Sequence record: MZ326168.1
Origin: Salmonella phage NINP13076
Direction: 5' to 3' (one strand)
Length of the DNA: 40,000 nt
Below are positions 16,320-25,348 of this stretch, piece after piece. The notes beneath the pieces are model-generated. The model saw only the letters and a list, made by a program, of their open reading frames with translations, was not told the DNA's origin and made no database searches. The translations under genes were made by a program, and so were the position numbers. Each line of letters begins with the position of its first letter. Within the stretch, counting starts at the first letter, position 1.

Positions 16320-17223
16320 GAAGCTGGTTACAAAGAAGACTTACACTGATGGCCCGTTCGCGGGTCTATCGGTTCTGAAGTACAAAAACAATGTCTTCTG
16401 GGATAATCTGTGGAACACAGACCAGCGCCTCCTGGAATGTCGTGGCATGGTGGTTGATGCGGATGACAATGTGGTTATCTGGCCTTTCACCAAGATTTTC
16501 AATCGCTTCGAAAATGGCACAGACCTTCCGGCAGACAAGGTGGTTGATGCAGTTCGTAAAGTTAATGGATTTATGGCATCCGCTGGTGTGTATAAGGGCC
16601 AGCTTGTAGTGTCAACTACAGGAACTCTGGAATCAGACTTTGCAGTTCTGGCGAAGAATCACATCATTGCTGAATGCAATGACATTGAGCACTTCATTAA
16701 GTGGACAGAAAGTGCAAAAGCGACGTTTCTCTTTGAAATCTGTGATCCATCTGATCCGCATATTGTTGATGAAGAGCCTGGGGCGTACCTGATCGGTGCT
16801 CGAATCCAGAACCCTGACGGCACAAGTTTTATGCTGCCTGAAGGTGCCCTTGACGGAATCGCGAGTGTTACTAAATTCAAGCGTCCTAAAGTTCACCAGA
16901 TGGTTAAATTTTCAGATGTTGTTGAAATGTCAAAGCATTGCAACCACGAAGGCTATGTTGTTCGTGAGCCAAACTATCCGTTCAGCTTGCTGTTGAAAAT
17001 CAAGTCTCCACATTATCTGGCGAAGAAGTTCTTGATGCGTGGTGGTGATAACAAGTGGGATATGATTTGGGATCACCCAGACAACGCAAAGCAACGTATT
17101 GATGAGGAGTATTACGAATTGCTTGATTATATCCGCAATAACTTTTCAAAGCACACATGGAAGGTTATGTCAAGTGATAACCGTCGCAGGATGATTGAGA
17201 ATTATTTTAAGGATAAGAAATGA
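16288..17223 (+). CDS. RNA ligase, T4 RnlA (Rnl1)-like
   Basis: Nucleotidyl-lysine motif KVNGFMAS, upstream ECRGMVVD, downstream EGYVVREP and LLKIKSPHY. Confidence 0.88.
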   Translation: MKFNVDDLVTKKLVTKKTYTDGPFAGLSVLKYKNNVFWDNLWNTDQRLLECRGMVVDADDNVVIWPFTKIFNRFENGTDLPADKVVDAVRKVNGFMASAGVYKGQLVVSTTGTLESDFAVLAKNHIIAECNDIEHFIKWTESAKATFLFEICDPSDPHIVDEEPGAYLIGARIQNPDGTSFMLPEGALDGIASVTKFKRPKVHQMVKFSDVVEMSKHCNHEGYVVREPNYPFSLLLKIKSPHYLAKKFLMRGGDNKWDMIWDHPDNAKQRIDEEYYELLDYIRNNFSKHTWKVMSSDNRRRMIENYFKDKK

Positions 17224-17564
17224 TCGTTTGGCTAGATGATTTAAGAGATCCCATCCAGTATGGGGTTCCTGAAGCTCTGTGGATTAAAAACTCACAAGAC
17301 TTTATGAAGTTCCTTAACAGCCCATCAAAACATTATCGTTATGCTACTGAATGGCATTTTGATAATGATCTTGGTGAACAGTCTGAATCAGATGGATATT
17401 CGTGCTTTTTGGCTCTGGAAGAGAAGATTGTCTTTGGCAAAATGCTACGGGACAAGGTGAAAATTTTCGTTCACACATCAAACCCTTCAGCAGGGCATAA
17501 GTTTATGCTTGCAAAAGAGAGTTTGTCGCGGTACGGTGTGACGATTATTAGGAACAATTACTGA
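17220..17564 (+). CDS. Cyclic-phosphate-processing receiver-domain-like protein
   Basis: WLDDLRDP...FDNDLG pattern and position between RNA ligase and kinase. Confidence 0.6.
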   Translation: MIVWLDDLRDPIQYGVPEALWIKNSQDFMKFLNSPSKHYRYATEWHFDNDLGEQSESDGYSCFLALEEKIVFGKMLRDKVKIFVHTSNPSAGHKFMLAKESLSRYGVTIIRNNY

Positions 17565-17573
17565 GGAGAAGAG

Positions 17574-17978
17574 ATGAAAGAGTTATACATCCTTCGGGGG
17601 GTATCTGGAGCAGGAAAGTCAACCGTAGCAGATGCACTCTCTGAAAACGCGTTATGGCCTGTGTGTGAGGCAGATTCGTACCATTATCAAAATGGCGAAT
17701 ATAATTGGAAATCTGAAAATCAGGCAGCGGCTCATGCATGGTGCAAAGAAAAAGTTAGGGACGCGATGTCTTATGGTGTTGATAGGGTCATTGTTTCTAA
17801 CACAAATACAAGTCTGAAGGAGATCCAACCTTACGTTGATATGGCGGCGGAATACGGTTATTCTGTTTTCAGCTTAGTCATTGAGAACCGTCATGGTAAC
17901 GATTCTATTCACAGTGTTCCGCAGGAAACACGCGATGCTCAGGAGCGTCGTCTGCGTAACTCGTTGAAATTACAATAG
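17574..17978 (+). CDS. P-loop polynucleotide kinase-like protein
   Basis: Walker A LRGVSGAGKST; VSNTNTS; basic ERRLRN region. Confidence 0.8.
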   Translation: MKELYILRGVSGAGKSTVADALSENALWPVCEADSYHYQNGEYNWKSENQAAAHAWCKEKVRDAMSYGVDRVIVSNTNTSLKEIQPYVDMAAEYGYSVFSLVIENRHGNDSIHSVPQETRDAQERRLRNSLKLQ

Positions 17979-17987
17979 GAGAGATAA

Positions 17988-18764
17988 GTGAGACGTTTGA
18001 TTGTTATTTCTGGCGCTGGTTTCTCTGCTGATAGCGGAGTCCGTACTTTCCGAACAGACGAGGCAACTGGCAAGGCTCTGTGGGATGAGTATGACCTTGA
18101 AGAGGTGTGCAACATTCATGCTTTTCTTGGTAATTTTTATCACAAAACGCATATGTTTTATAACAAGCGCCGTGCGGAATTGCCAACCGTTCATCCAAAC
18201 CTTGCACATCTGCGTGTTGCAGAGTGGTATCAGCGTTATCCTGGTCAGGTTGTTAACTTGACCACCAACGTTGACGATCTTTTGGAACGTGCTGGTGTGC
18301 CGAAAGAAGATACGGTTTACATTCATGGTTACCTGAAGGAGATTATTGTTAAAGACAATCCGAAAGGAAAGCCAGAGATTATCAATGTTGGCTATGACGA
18401 GATTGACCCTGATCACTACAAATGGTGTAAGCCTAATGTTGTGTTCTTTGGTGAATTTGCACCAGAATATAGCAGAATGTATGACATTCTTGATACACTG
18501 ACTACCGAAGATATGGTGATCGTGGTTGGATGCTCAAATACAGTCATCAACTTCAACTGGGAGTTGTTTCCTGCTGTTCGCAGAGGAACAAAGGTGCTTG
18601 TGGTAAACCCACGTATCAATTACCTTGAGCAAGAGCAGTATGATGCTTATGGTGTTATGCAATTTCGTTGTGGTGCTGTAGAGGCTTTCAGCAACAACAA
18701 TTTCATCAAGATTGTGGAAGATCATCTTGAAGGCAAAACAGCATTGCAAAGCAAGGAGAAATAA
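17988..18764 (+). CDS. Sir2-family NAD-dependent protein
   Basis: VISGAGFSADSGVRTFR; TTNVDDLLERAG; YIHGYL; VVVGCSNTV. Confidence 0.85.
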   Translation: MRRLIVISGAGFSADSGVRTFRTDEATGKALWDEYDLEEVCNIHAFLGNFYHKTHMFYNKRRAELPTVHPNLAHLRVAEWYQRYPGQVVNLTTNVDDLLERAGVPKEDTVYIHGYLKEIIVKDNPKGKPEIINVGYDEIDPDHYKWCKPNVVFFGEFAPEYSRMYDILDTLTTEDMVIVVGCSNTVINFNWELFPAVRRGTKVLVVNPRINYLEQEQYDAYGVMQFRCGAVEAFSNNNFIKIVEDHLEGKTALQSKEK

Positions 18765-19186
18765 TGTCAATGAATTTAGATACCCCAACACTGTACGCCA
18801 TTAACAAGGACGGATCTTATCAAGTCTGGAATGTTAGAACAGAGGGTGATGAGGTAGTTGTTGAGTTTGGTAAAGAAAATGGAAAGGTACAGCAAAAACG
18901 TACCAAATGTGAAATGAAGAATGTTGGTCGTGCAAATCAGACAACTGCTGTATTCCAGGCTGTTCTTGAAGCACGGTCAAAATGGGAGAAGCAAGTGCGC
19001 CTTGGTTATCGTGAAACTAAAGAGGCTTTGCAAACTGAGGAGAACTTCTCTCCGATGCTCGCACACGATGCAATTAAACGTTCAAAAGCATTAGTTTACC
19101 CTGCTTATGTGCAGCCTAAGCTTGATGGGGTACGCGCCCTTGTAACTCTTGACAAAGATGGTATCCCAGTATTTAATAGTCGCTGG
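18764..19186 (+). pseudogene. ATP-dependent DNA ligase, N-terminal part with WGR-like domain, truncated
   Basis: WNVRTEGDEVVVEFGKENGK...; adenylation motif YVQPKLDGVRALV; homology stops at the junction near 19185. Confidence 0.75.
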
Positions 19187-19587
19187 CTATACATGTTAGC
19201 CCCATCACCATATGTACCACCTTGATAGTTGTGGAACATAAACATGGTCAGCGGGGATACTGTGCGCTCTTTGCAGGCAAGCCATAGAATGGTCCCTGCG
19301 GAGCATACATTACCCTCAGCGTGGGTGACAATGGTTGCCTGACTCTCACGGATAGCACTAACATAGGCCATTGCAATAGAGACAACACCACCAGGGCTAT
19401 TGATTACGATTCTGATACTATCGTCTGGGTTTGCCTGGCGGATTACCTGCAAACGATCCTGATGGTCTTCCAGCCATGACAGATCATCAATGTAGATGAC
19501 GTGATCACTGGAGTGTACCGGATAGGTGTAGATGTTGCTGTTGCCACCAGGTACGATACCAAAAAAGTTCTTCTGTTGTTCCATGTT
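19184..19587 (-). pseudogene. ClpP-like serine protease, C-terminally truncated at the junction
   Basis: INSPGGVVSIAMAY, GNVCSAGTILWLA, FHNYQGGTYGDG; sequence past the His region is antisense to the ligase. Confidence 0.75.
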
Positions 19588-20068
19588 ATTCCTCCTCACG
19601 AGCGTTTGCAATAAGACCTTTCAGAACGTAGGCGTTCTTCATCAGCCAATCGATATTAAAACCAGAATCGTCGTCCACAAGCACTTGGTCGCTGTACTTA
19701 AAGCACAGAAGAACTTGCTTTGCACGTTCAGAGGCAACCGCTGCTTGATGCAGCATAGTAAACCTGTCAAGTTCATCCTTCGTCAAAGAGATGTACTTTG
19801 ACTGACCATCCAAGTAAATCAGATGTTCTAGTAAATCCCTTCTGTCCGGAAACATCCACCGAGCATCCCTTTCGGCTGCACTTCGAGAATAAAACAGGCG
19901 GGTAAAGAAACCGCTGTTCATCTCAAAGAGAGATTCTGCCACAATTAACCTGTACAGGTTGAAATACTTTGTCACTTCGGACTCGAAAAACTCAGGCTCG
20001 ACAACACCACAATTCTTCAGTTCCATCAGTTTTCTATGGGACATAATCCCATGAATACTAACCGTCAT
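19586..20068 (-). CDS. Hypothetical protein
   Basis: 160-aa ORF overlapping its neighbour. Confidence 0.65.
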   Translation of the reverse strand: MTVSIHGIMSHRKLMELKNCGVVEPEFFESEVTKYFNLYRLIVAESLFEMNSGFFTRLFYSRSAAERDARWMFPDRRDLLEHLIYLDGQSKYISLTKDELDRFTMLHQAAVASERAKQVLLCFKYSDQVLVDDDSGFNIDWLMKNAYVLKGLIANAREEE

Positions 20069-20075
20069 ACTCCTC

Positions 20076-20384
20076 CTATCGAGCTATCAAATACTTAACG
20101 TCACCGTCATCTCCACGGTATCCCGCATCAACAACATAAAACAGCCCGAAATTATCCAACTTTACAGTGTCACCAACCGATAATGACTTCCTTGACTCGT
20201 ACTCCAAGGACTCTGTTAAGTGTCTGAACTGATCTGTGTCATCTGTTGTGCAGATATAACGGATTTCACCGTCAGGACCAGTGACGTAAATACGCTTTCC
20301 TGTCTTTTTAGCTAAAACCCAGCCCTTCCTATCAACCTTCACAAGACAGTAGGACTGATTAAGCTTTTCTCTAAACCTGGACAC
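20076..20384 (-). CDS. Hypothetical protein
   Basis: 102-aa ORF in operon. Confidence 0.6.
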   Translation of the reverse strand: MSRFREKLNQSYCLVKVDRKGWVLAKKTGKRIYVTGPDGEIRYICTTDDTDQFRHLTESLEYESRKSLSVGDTVKLDNFGLFYVVDAGYRGDDGDVKYLIAR

Positions 20385-21003
20385 CTAATTTCCTCTCAAG
20401 ATTGGTCAGGAACTGCTCAAGAAGGCTCAAGCGCTCCGGAGTGTTTAGATTAAGCGTTCTCACGCCGTACTTTTTAGCGAGATTAACAGCAGTTGCTGTC
20501 CCACCCTTGAGGTTTCCTTTCTTGTCCTCTTGTGCATAATACAGACAGAAGGCAGAAGGTCTTGGTTCGTGGAGGTTTACACCAAGAACTTGATGCACAT
20601 TGCGACAATGCAGGGCTAATGCTCCACGTTTACGTTTCAGTGCTTCGTAATTCGGGTGTATCTCTTCCACCAAGGCTTCCCGTATCCGGTTCTGGTCTGG
20701 GAACAAGAAATCCATATACGCAGGAGGCATGTCCCAGAAGTCCCAAAGGTCTTCTCTGTCCTGTCCAAAACCTTCCCACGGAATGTAAATCTCCGCCAAG
20801 CGTGTAAGATACTCTTTCTCTTTTCCATTGTCAAGAGTTTCATAAAATTTTTGCATACCGATTTGAAATGCAGCGTCAGCGCCGCCAGCCTTACCGCTTC
20901 TCAGCGTAAAACCGAGCCTTGCGAGACGGAAAGCAGCGTCTTCCATGACGCTGATAACCTCTGGAGGTGTTTCGCGAGATCCTACTCCAGTATAATAATG
21001 CAT
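20371..21003 (-). CDS. SLOG (DprA/YspA-like Rossmann) superfamily protein
   Basis: YYTGVGSRETPPEV...LRSGKAGGADAAF; GGTATAVNLAKKYGVRTLNL. Confidence 0.75.
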   Translation of the reverse strand: MHYYTGVGSRETPPEVISVMEDAAFRLARLGFTLRSGKAGGADAAFQIGMQKFYETLDNGKEKEYLTRLAEIYIPWEGFGQDREDLWDFWDMPPAYMDFLFPDQNRIREALVEEIHPNYEALKRKRGALALHCRNVHQVLGVNLHEPRPSAFCLYYAQEDKKGNLKGGTATAVNLAKKYGVRTLNLNTPERLSLLEQFLTNLERKLGVQV

Positions 21004-21013
21004 ATCCCTCCTA

Positions 21014-21802
21014 TCAGGAAGCCATCGGAGTGTACAGTCCTTTGCCACGGTCAGCCATCAGACCTTTAGCAATGTCGCGTACAACCCCTCCGCGAACAAT
21101 GTCATCATCAACGTTGTCGAAGTTAACAACACCAACACCCGCAATGTTGTGGCGCTGCAAGAAATCTTCAACCCACTCAAGCCCAGAAATGCCGTGAATA
21201 TCTTTCTGGCTTGCGTCTCCCATAACAACAAGGGTGCAGTTGTCAGAGATACGGGTGATGATGCTCAACATTTCTTCTGGGGTACTCTGTTGCGCTTCGT
21301 CGATCAGTAGGAAGCTCTTCTCGTCGAATGAACGACCACGAATACTTTCCAGTTCCTGAACTTCGATTCTCCCATTGAGACCGTCTTTCAGGGCGTTGTA
21401 GTAAGCCCCATCACCCATACGCTTGCGGATAGTGTCCAGCATGTTTCTCACGTATGGGAAAAGCTTCTCAAGGGAAGTACCCGGTTTGAAGCCGGAGGTT
21501 TTACCCGTTTGCACATATGGACGAGCGACAATAATCTTGTCAAGATCGTTTCTACGTAGCAAATCAGCAGCGTGGGCGGATGCCAGGTAAGTTTTACCTG
21601 TACCGAAGATCCCTTTCGCAATGATAATGTTGCATGTCTGCAACTTGTGAAGGTAATCTTGCTGCTTCTCATTCAGGGCCGTCAGTGCGGGAGCACTGTT
21701 ACGTTCCTCATCGAATTTCGGGTGGTGCTTTGCTTGTCTCTCTGCACGTTGTTGCTGGCGAGCAGACAGTTTTAATGCACGAGCCTCTTTGCTTCTTCCC
21801 AT
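21014..21802 (-). CDS. phoH: PhoH-like ATPase
   Basis: GIFGTGKTYLA Walker A, FLLIDEAQQ Walker B, VVMGDASQKD. Confidence 0.9.
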   Translation of the reverse strand: MGRSKEARALKLSARQQQRAERQAKHHPKFDEERNSAPALTALNEKQQDYLHKLQTCNIIIAKGIFGTGKTYLASAHAADLLRRNDLDKIIVARPYVQTGKTSGFKPGTSLEKLFPYVRNMLDTIRKRMGDGAYYNALKDGLNGRIEVQELESIRGRSFDEKSFLLIDEAQQSTPEEMLSIITRISDNCTLVVMGDASQKDIHGISGLEWVEDFLQRHNIAGVGVVNFDNVDDDIVRGGVVRDIAKGLMADRGKGLYTPMAS

Positions 21803-21813
21803 ATTGGTTCTCC

Positions 21814-22524
21814 TTACGAGGTTAGAACAGATTTTGCCTTTTTGTAATAGGCTGTGCGCTCGGCAAGGTGATTTGTACCACCGTTTACCAGCTTGGTAAT
21901 CTTCACAATATCATCAGCATCGCAAGCGGCGTTGATGTTTCTCATGTTCCAATACCAACCAGCGCTGGCAACTGCATACTCAGGCTGTTCAAGCAATTCG
22001 GGGTGATTAACAAGGTCAAGACCAAGAGCCTTTCCGCAAGCCTTGTAGTTTGCGAGTCCGGTGATCTGAATCAGACCTCTCCCCTTGTACTTGGCCCCAT
22101 CCCCATCCTTTTGCGGGGTGTTTCCAAGACGTTCTGCAATCGGACCAGTGTCGTACTTATCGAAGTAGGAGTTATTTCCGAGTTCGCGTACATATCGGAA
22201 TTCTCCCGACTCCACACCAATCTGGGAAAGGAAACCAGCGATCCTGTTGACAGTATTGATATTTGTTTTCTCAAACAAATCATTCAATGCACCAAGGAAT
22301 TTCGCATTCCTACCAGAACTTGCACCAACAGGGAAGATCTTGTCCAGTTGTGCCTGGGTGAGTTTCAAAGTACCTCCTTCATTTTTTCCACTGGTTGCCT
22401 GTGCAATGCACTTTTGCAGTGCGGATTTGGTGGCTGGACCGTACAATCCATCAGCGCCACCCTTACCGACGCTGAAGCCACCGTTAATCAGCATACGCTG
22501 AATCTCCGCTATTGCAGCATTCAT
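21814..22524 (-). CDS. Endolysin: peptidoglycan-binding plus GH19 chitinase-like catalytic domain
   Basis: N-terminal DGLYGPATKSAL; FLSQIGVESGEFRYVRE; YKGRGLIQITG. Confidence 0.88.
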   Translation of the reverse strand: MNAAIAEIQRMLINGGFSVGKGGADGLYGPATKSALQKCIAQATSGKNEGGTLKLTQAQLDKIFPVGASSGRNAKFLGALNDLFEKTNINTVNRIAGFLSQIGVESGEFRYVRELGNNSYFDKYDTGPIAERLGNTPQKDGDGAKYKGRGLIQITGLANYKACGKALGLDLVNHPELLEQPEYAVASAGWYWNMRNINAACDADDIVKITKLVNGGTNHLAERTAYYKKAKSVLTS

Positions 22525-22542
22525 TGAAGACCTCCTTTCGGA

Positions 22543-22968
22543 TTAGTCCTCTCCGAGCGCCTCTTCAAAAGCCGTTTCAAGTTGGGCGGCAATCCCAGAA
22601 ATCTTAATTGTGATACGTTCTTGGTAAATCGCATACGCAAGTTCATGCGGTGTCAACGCTTCCTTGAGTAACTGCACCATAGAATCCATCACCTTCTGCA
22701 TAACCTCTTCAGATAATACCTTTTTCAGCTTTAACTGAGCAGCATTAAGCTCCTTTTCCATCGCGAAGTCTTTCCCTTTTCGAGCACCTGCCTTGATCTG
22801 TTTCATCGCTTCGATTTGGAATTGTGCTTGCTCTGTAAACTGATTGATGAGACGTGGGAACACCAGCCCAACAAAATCGCGAGCAAGCTGCTCATGATCG
22901 TTCAGCATGATTGTTTCCAATTCAGACTTTGGAGCATACAGATTTTCGTCATTGATAATATCAGTCAT
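22543..22968 (-). CDS. Hypothetical protein
   Basis: 141-aa ORF. Confidence 0.65.
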   Translation of the reverse strand: MTDIINDENLYAPKSELETIMLNDHEQLARDFVGLVFPRLINQFTEQAQFQIEAMKQIKAGARKGKDFAMEKELNAAQLKLKKVLSEEVMQKVMDSMVQLLKEALTPHELAYAIYQERITIKISGIAAQLETAFEEALGED

Positions 22969-22976
22969 GAAATACC

Positions 22977-23701
22977 TCAGTATGTGCTACGAGCAGCAGC
23001 GTCGGCTACCAGTTGCATCAGTTCATCTTCAGTGGCGCGTTTTCAGCAAGATTTACAAAAGCTGTCAGGCGACCACCAACCTGTACCTGTGCCAGTTGCT
23101 CATCAGACAGAACAACATTACCAGGGCCGTTCTTCTCATCATTTACAGTCGCCAGATTCCCTGCAATAGCGGTGATCTCGCCGTAAACTTTCACCCCACC
23201 ACCAGAATGTTGACCTTGAGCACTTTGCTGCGGCTGCTGACGTGGTGCAGGTTGACCTGCTTTGCTTTCGTCCAGAATGTTGAAAGTCTTGCCACTCAGA
23301 GAGCCGTTGACATAGGTCTTATCGCCGTTCGTGCTCACTTTCAGCGGGAAAGATGCAACCATACCAGGCAGAATGTCTTTGTAACCAGAGTCCAGCTTAA
23401 CCTGCACTTTGTCGGTGTGGCTTGCATGTAGCTTCTTCTCCCCCATGCCGATCCACTCACCTTGGCTTTGAGGATCAATAACGTTGTTATTGTCGTCCAC
23501 CTCTTGCATCAAGAAGCTGATGGTATGTGTTGATTCGATAACCTTTGCAGGCTGACCATTTCGCGCTGGGATATGGGTACGTTTCACACCATCAGGATCT
23601 GCATTCTTAACAGGTTTGATGCTGATGAATTTGATGCTGCCCTTTGCGAAGTGGTTTACCTTGCCGGACATCGGATCTTTGTATTCGTTAATTACGCTCA
23701 T
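22977..23701 (-). CDS. Hypothetical protein; ORF 23018-23701 with a likely continuation in another frame to a stop at 22977
   Basis: ORF ends ...LAENAPLKMN*; shifting frame at the A4 run gives ...RATEDELMQLVADAAARSTY* directly before the next start codon. Confidence 0.5.
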
Positions 23702-23712
23702 TCTCTCTCCTA

Positions 23713-24069
23713 TTACTTAGTTTCTTCTTGTTGGGTATCACTGTTAACACCCAAAAGTCTATCGATCACCAGATCTTCAACCTGACTCAGTAGATTCAGG
23801 GCAAAAGACGATGCACCGTTTAATTGCAGAAGGTTATTGCGGTGTCCACGCACCCATGCAAGAGCTTCTTCCACAGTAGTGATGTTGCCGCTTTGGATAA
23901 CCTTCAGCATCTCATCACGCATACGCTCTGAGCCGATGAACTGATTCATCTGTGCTCCGGCACTGGAAAGAAAAACAACAGTTCCAAACTGACCTTCGTC
24001 GAGTTCGAGGAAGAACAGTTTTTCTTTTTCTGATTGGGTTTCGATAGGGGTTACTGCCTCAGTCATCAA
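23713..24069 (-). CDS. Hypothetical protein
   Basis: 118-aa ORF with RBS. Confidence 0.65.
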   Translation of the reverse strand: MMTEAVTPIETQSEKEKLFFLELDEGQFGTVVFLSSAGAQMNQFIGSERMRDEMLKVIQSGNITTVEEALAWVRGHRNNLLQLNGASSFALNLLSQVEDLVIDRLLGVNSDTQQEETK

Positions 24070-24125
24070 TCCTCCGTTTGTGAGTGAAGGGGTATATTAC
24101 CCCTTTCAACTCTGTATGTCAATAG

Positions 24126-24338
24126 TTATCGAGATCTTTTCTTACTTAATTTGATTTTCTCCAGAAGAGCAGCCGCCCCTGCAACACCAAAGACACTGGC
24201 GAAAAACAAAATTATGATCCCCACAAAAATCGCGAACGGGAAGTAGAGTGGTGCCAAGACCCACCACCATGACCATGCAATAACCCCGCACAGTTTCAAG
24301 GCGATGAATAAAAGCGCCAGTGCAGATAAAAATTTCAT
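24126..24338 (-). CDS. Small membrane protein
   Basis: Hydrophobic profile. Confidence 0.6.
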   Translation of the reverse strand: MKFLSALALLFIALKLCGVIAWSWWWVLAPLYFPFAIFVGIIILFFASVFGVAGAAALLEKIKLSKKRSR

Positions 24339-24562
24339 TACATAAACTCCTTGTTTACATTGATAGGTTTAATAAAAGGATCATCCATCCACGATGGGAA
24401 GCTACAAGATGTTGTTCCTGCGACCATATTACCATCCTCCAGTGCCATTACATATGTGGCTTTTACACCACATTTGGCACAGTCAATCGTGGATACAAAG
24501 TGCTCTACGACTGAGGTAGTGGAATGACCGTTTGGACAAACAAACGTTTTTGTTATTTTCAA
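24338..24562 (-). CDS. Small zinc-binding protein
   Basis: CPNGH...CAKCG. Confidence 0.6.
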   Translation of the reverse strand: MKITKTFVCPNGHSTTSVVEHFVSTIDCAKCGVKATYVMALEDGNMVAGTTSCSFPSWMDDPFIKPINVNKEFM

Positions 24563-25077
24563 TCACATCCTCCTGAAGAACTGCCGGAGTCACAACTGCC
24601 ACTGCTATAACTTCCACCATCGTCACTACTTGACGAGTGATAAACAGCAGAGGCAACAAAAGCGCTGGTTACAATGCTATCGTCATCGTTACGACTGTAA
24701 CTCGTTTCACTGCGTCTCTGTCGTGCGAGAGAATCATCATCCACAACCACACGGCGACGTGGGGGTGCAGGAGGCGGTGGTGGGCGACGGTTCCTACGCT
24801 GGCGATCCAACTCTTCCATTATCTCTTTCAGCCGCTCTTCTCGGCCCTCTGTTACCAGCTTTTTAGCTGCTACATCTGCCACTGCCTTTTTAGCAATATC
24901 CCTGATCTCATTTTCAGTCAGGGGTTTAAGCTTGTACTTATAATCCCCCTCTGGGTCACGTCCCTTCAGAACATGCACAGTTGAGGTCTGGGTCACTGTG
25001 GTGGTGTTACCACTGCCAATGGTCACTACAGAGTTTGAACTAAACAGGCTCAGTAGCCACTTAAAGAATTTACGCAT
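24559..25077 (-). CDS. Low-complexity Pro/Arg and Ser/Gly/Cys-rich protein
   Basis: RRPPPPPAPPRRR and DDGGSYSSGSCDSGSSSGGCD tail. Confidence 0.65.
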   Translation of the reverse strand: MRKFFKWLLSLFSSNSVVTIGSGNTTTVTQTSTVHVLKGRDPEGDYKYKLKPLTENEIRDIAKKAVADVAAKKLVTEGREERLKEIMEELDRQRRNRRPPPPPAPPRRRVVVDDDSLARQRRSETSYSRNDDDSIVTSAFVASAVYHSSSSDDGGSYSSGSCDSGSSSGGCD

Positions 25078-25348
25078 AAAACTCCTCCAGTACAGACCAG
25101 ATTGTGTTCAATTCACCACCAGACATCAGGCTCCAGATCACCATATCTTGATAACCCTTCTTGCAGACATCGACCTGACGGAAGGCTTTATGGAAACTGG
25201 TTGGATTATCATAATCTACAGGAAGATATTCAACATTCTTCTTGAAGTATTCCAGCACCAACTGCTCTTCCAGATTTGGATTCTCACCTAAACTGGCTTC
25301 GTACATTTCTACAAATTTTTGACCTGTTCGCTCAGATTTCATAACCAT
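25070..25348 (-). CDS. Hypothetical protein
   Basis: Packed ORF. Confidence 0.55.
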   Translation of the reverse strand: MVMKSERTGQKFVEMYEASLGENPNLEEQLVLEYFKKNVEYLPVDYDNPTSFHKAFRQVDVCKKGYQDMVIWSLMSGGELNTIWSVLEEFYA

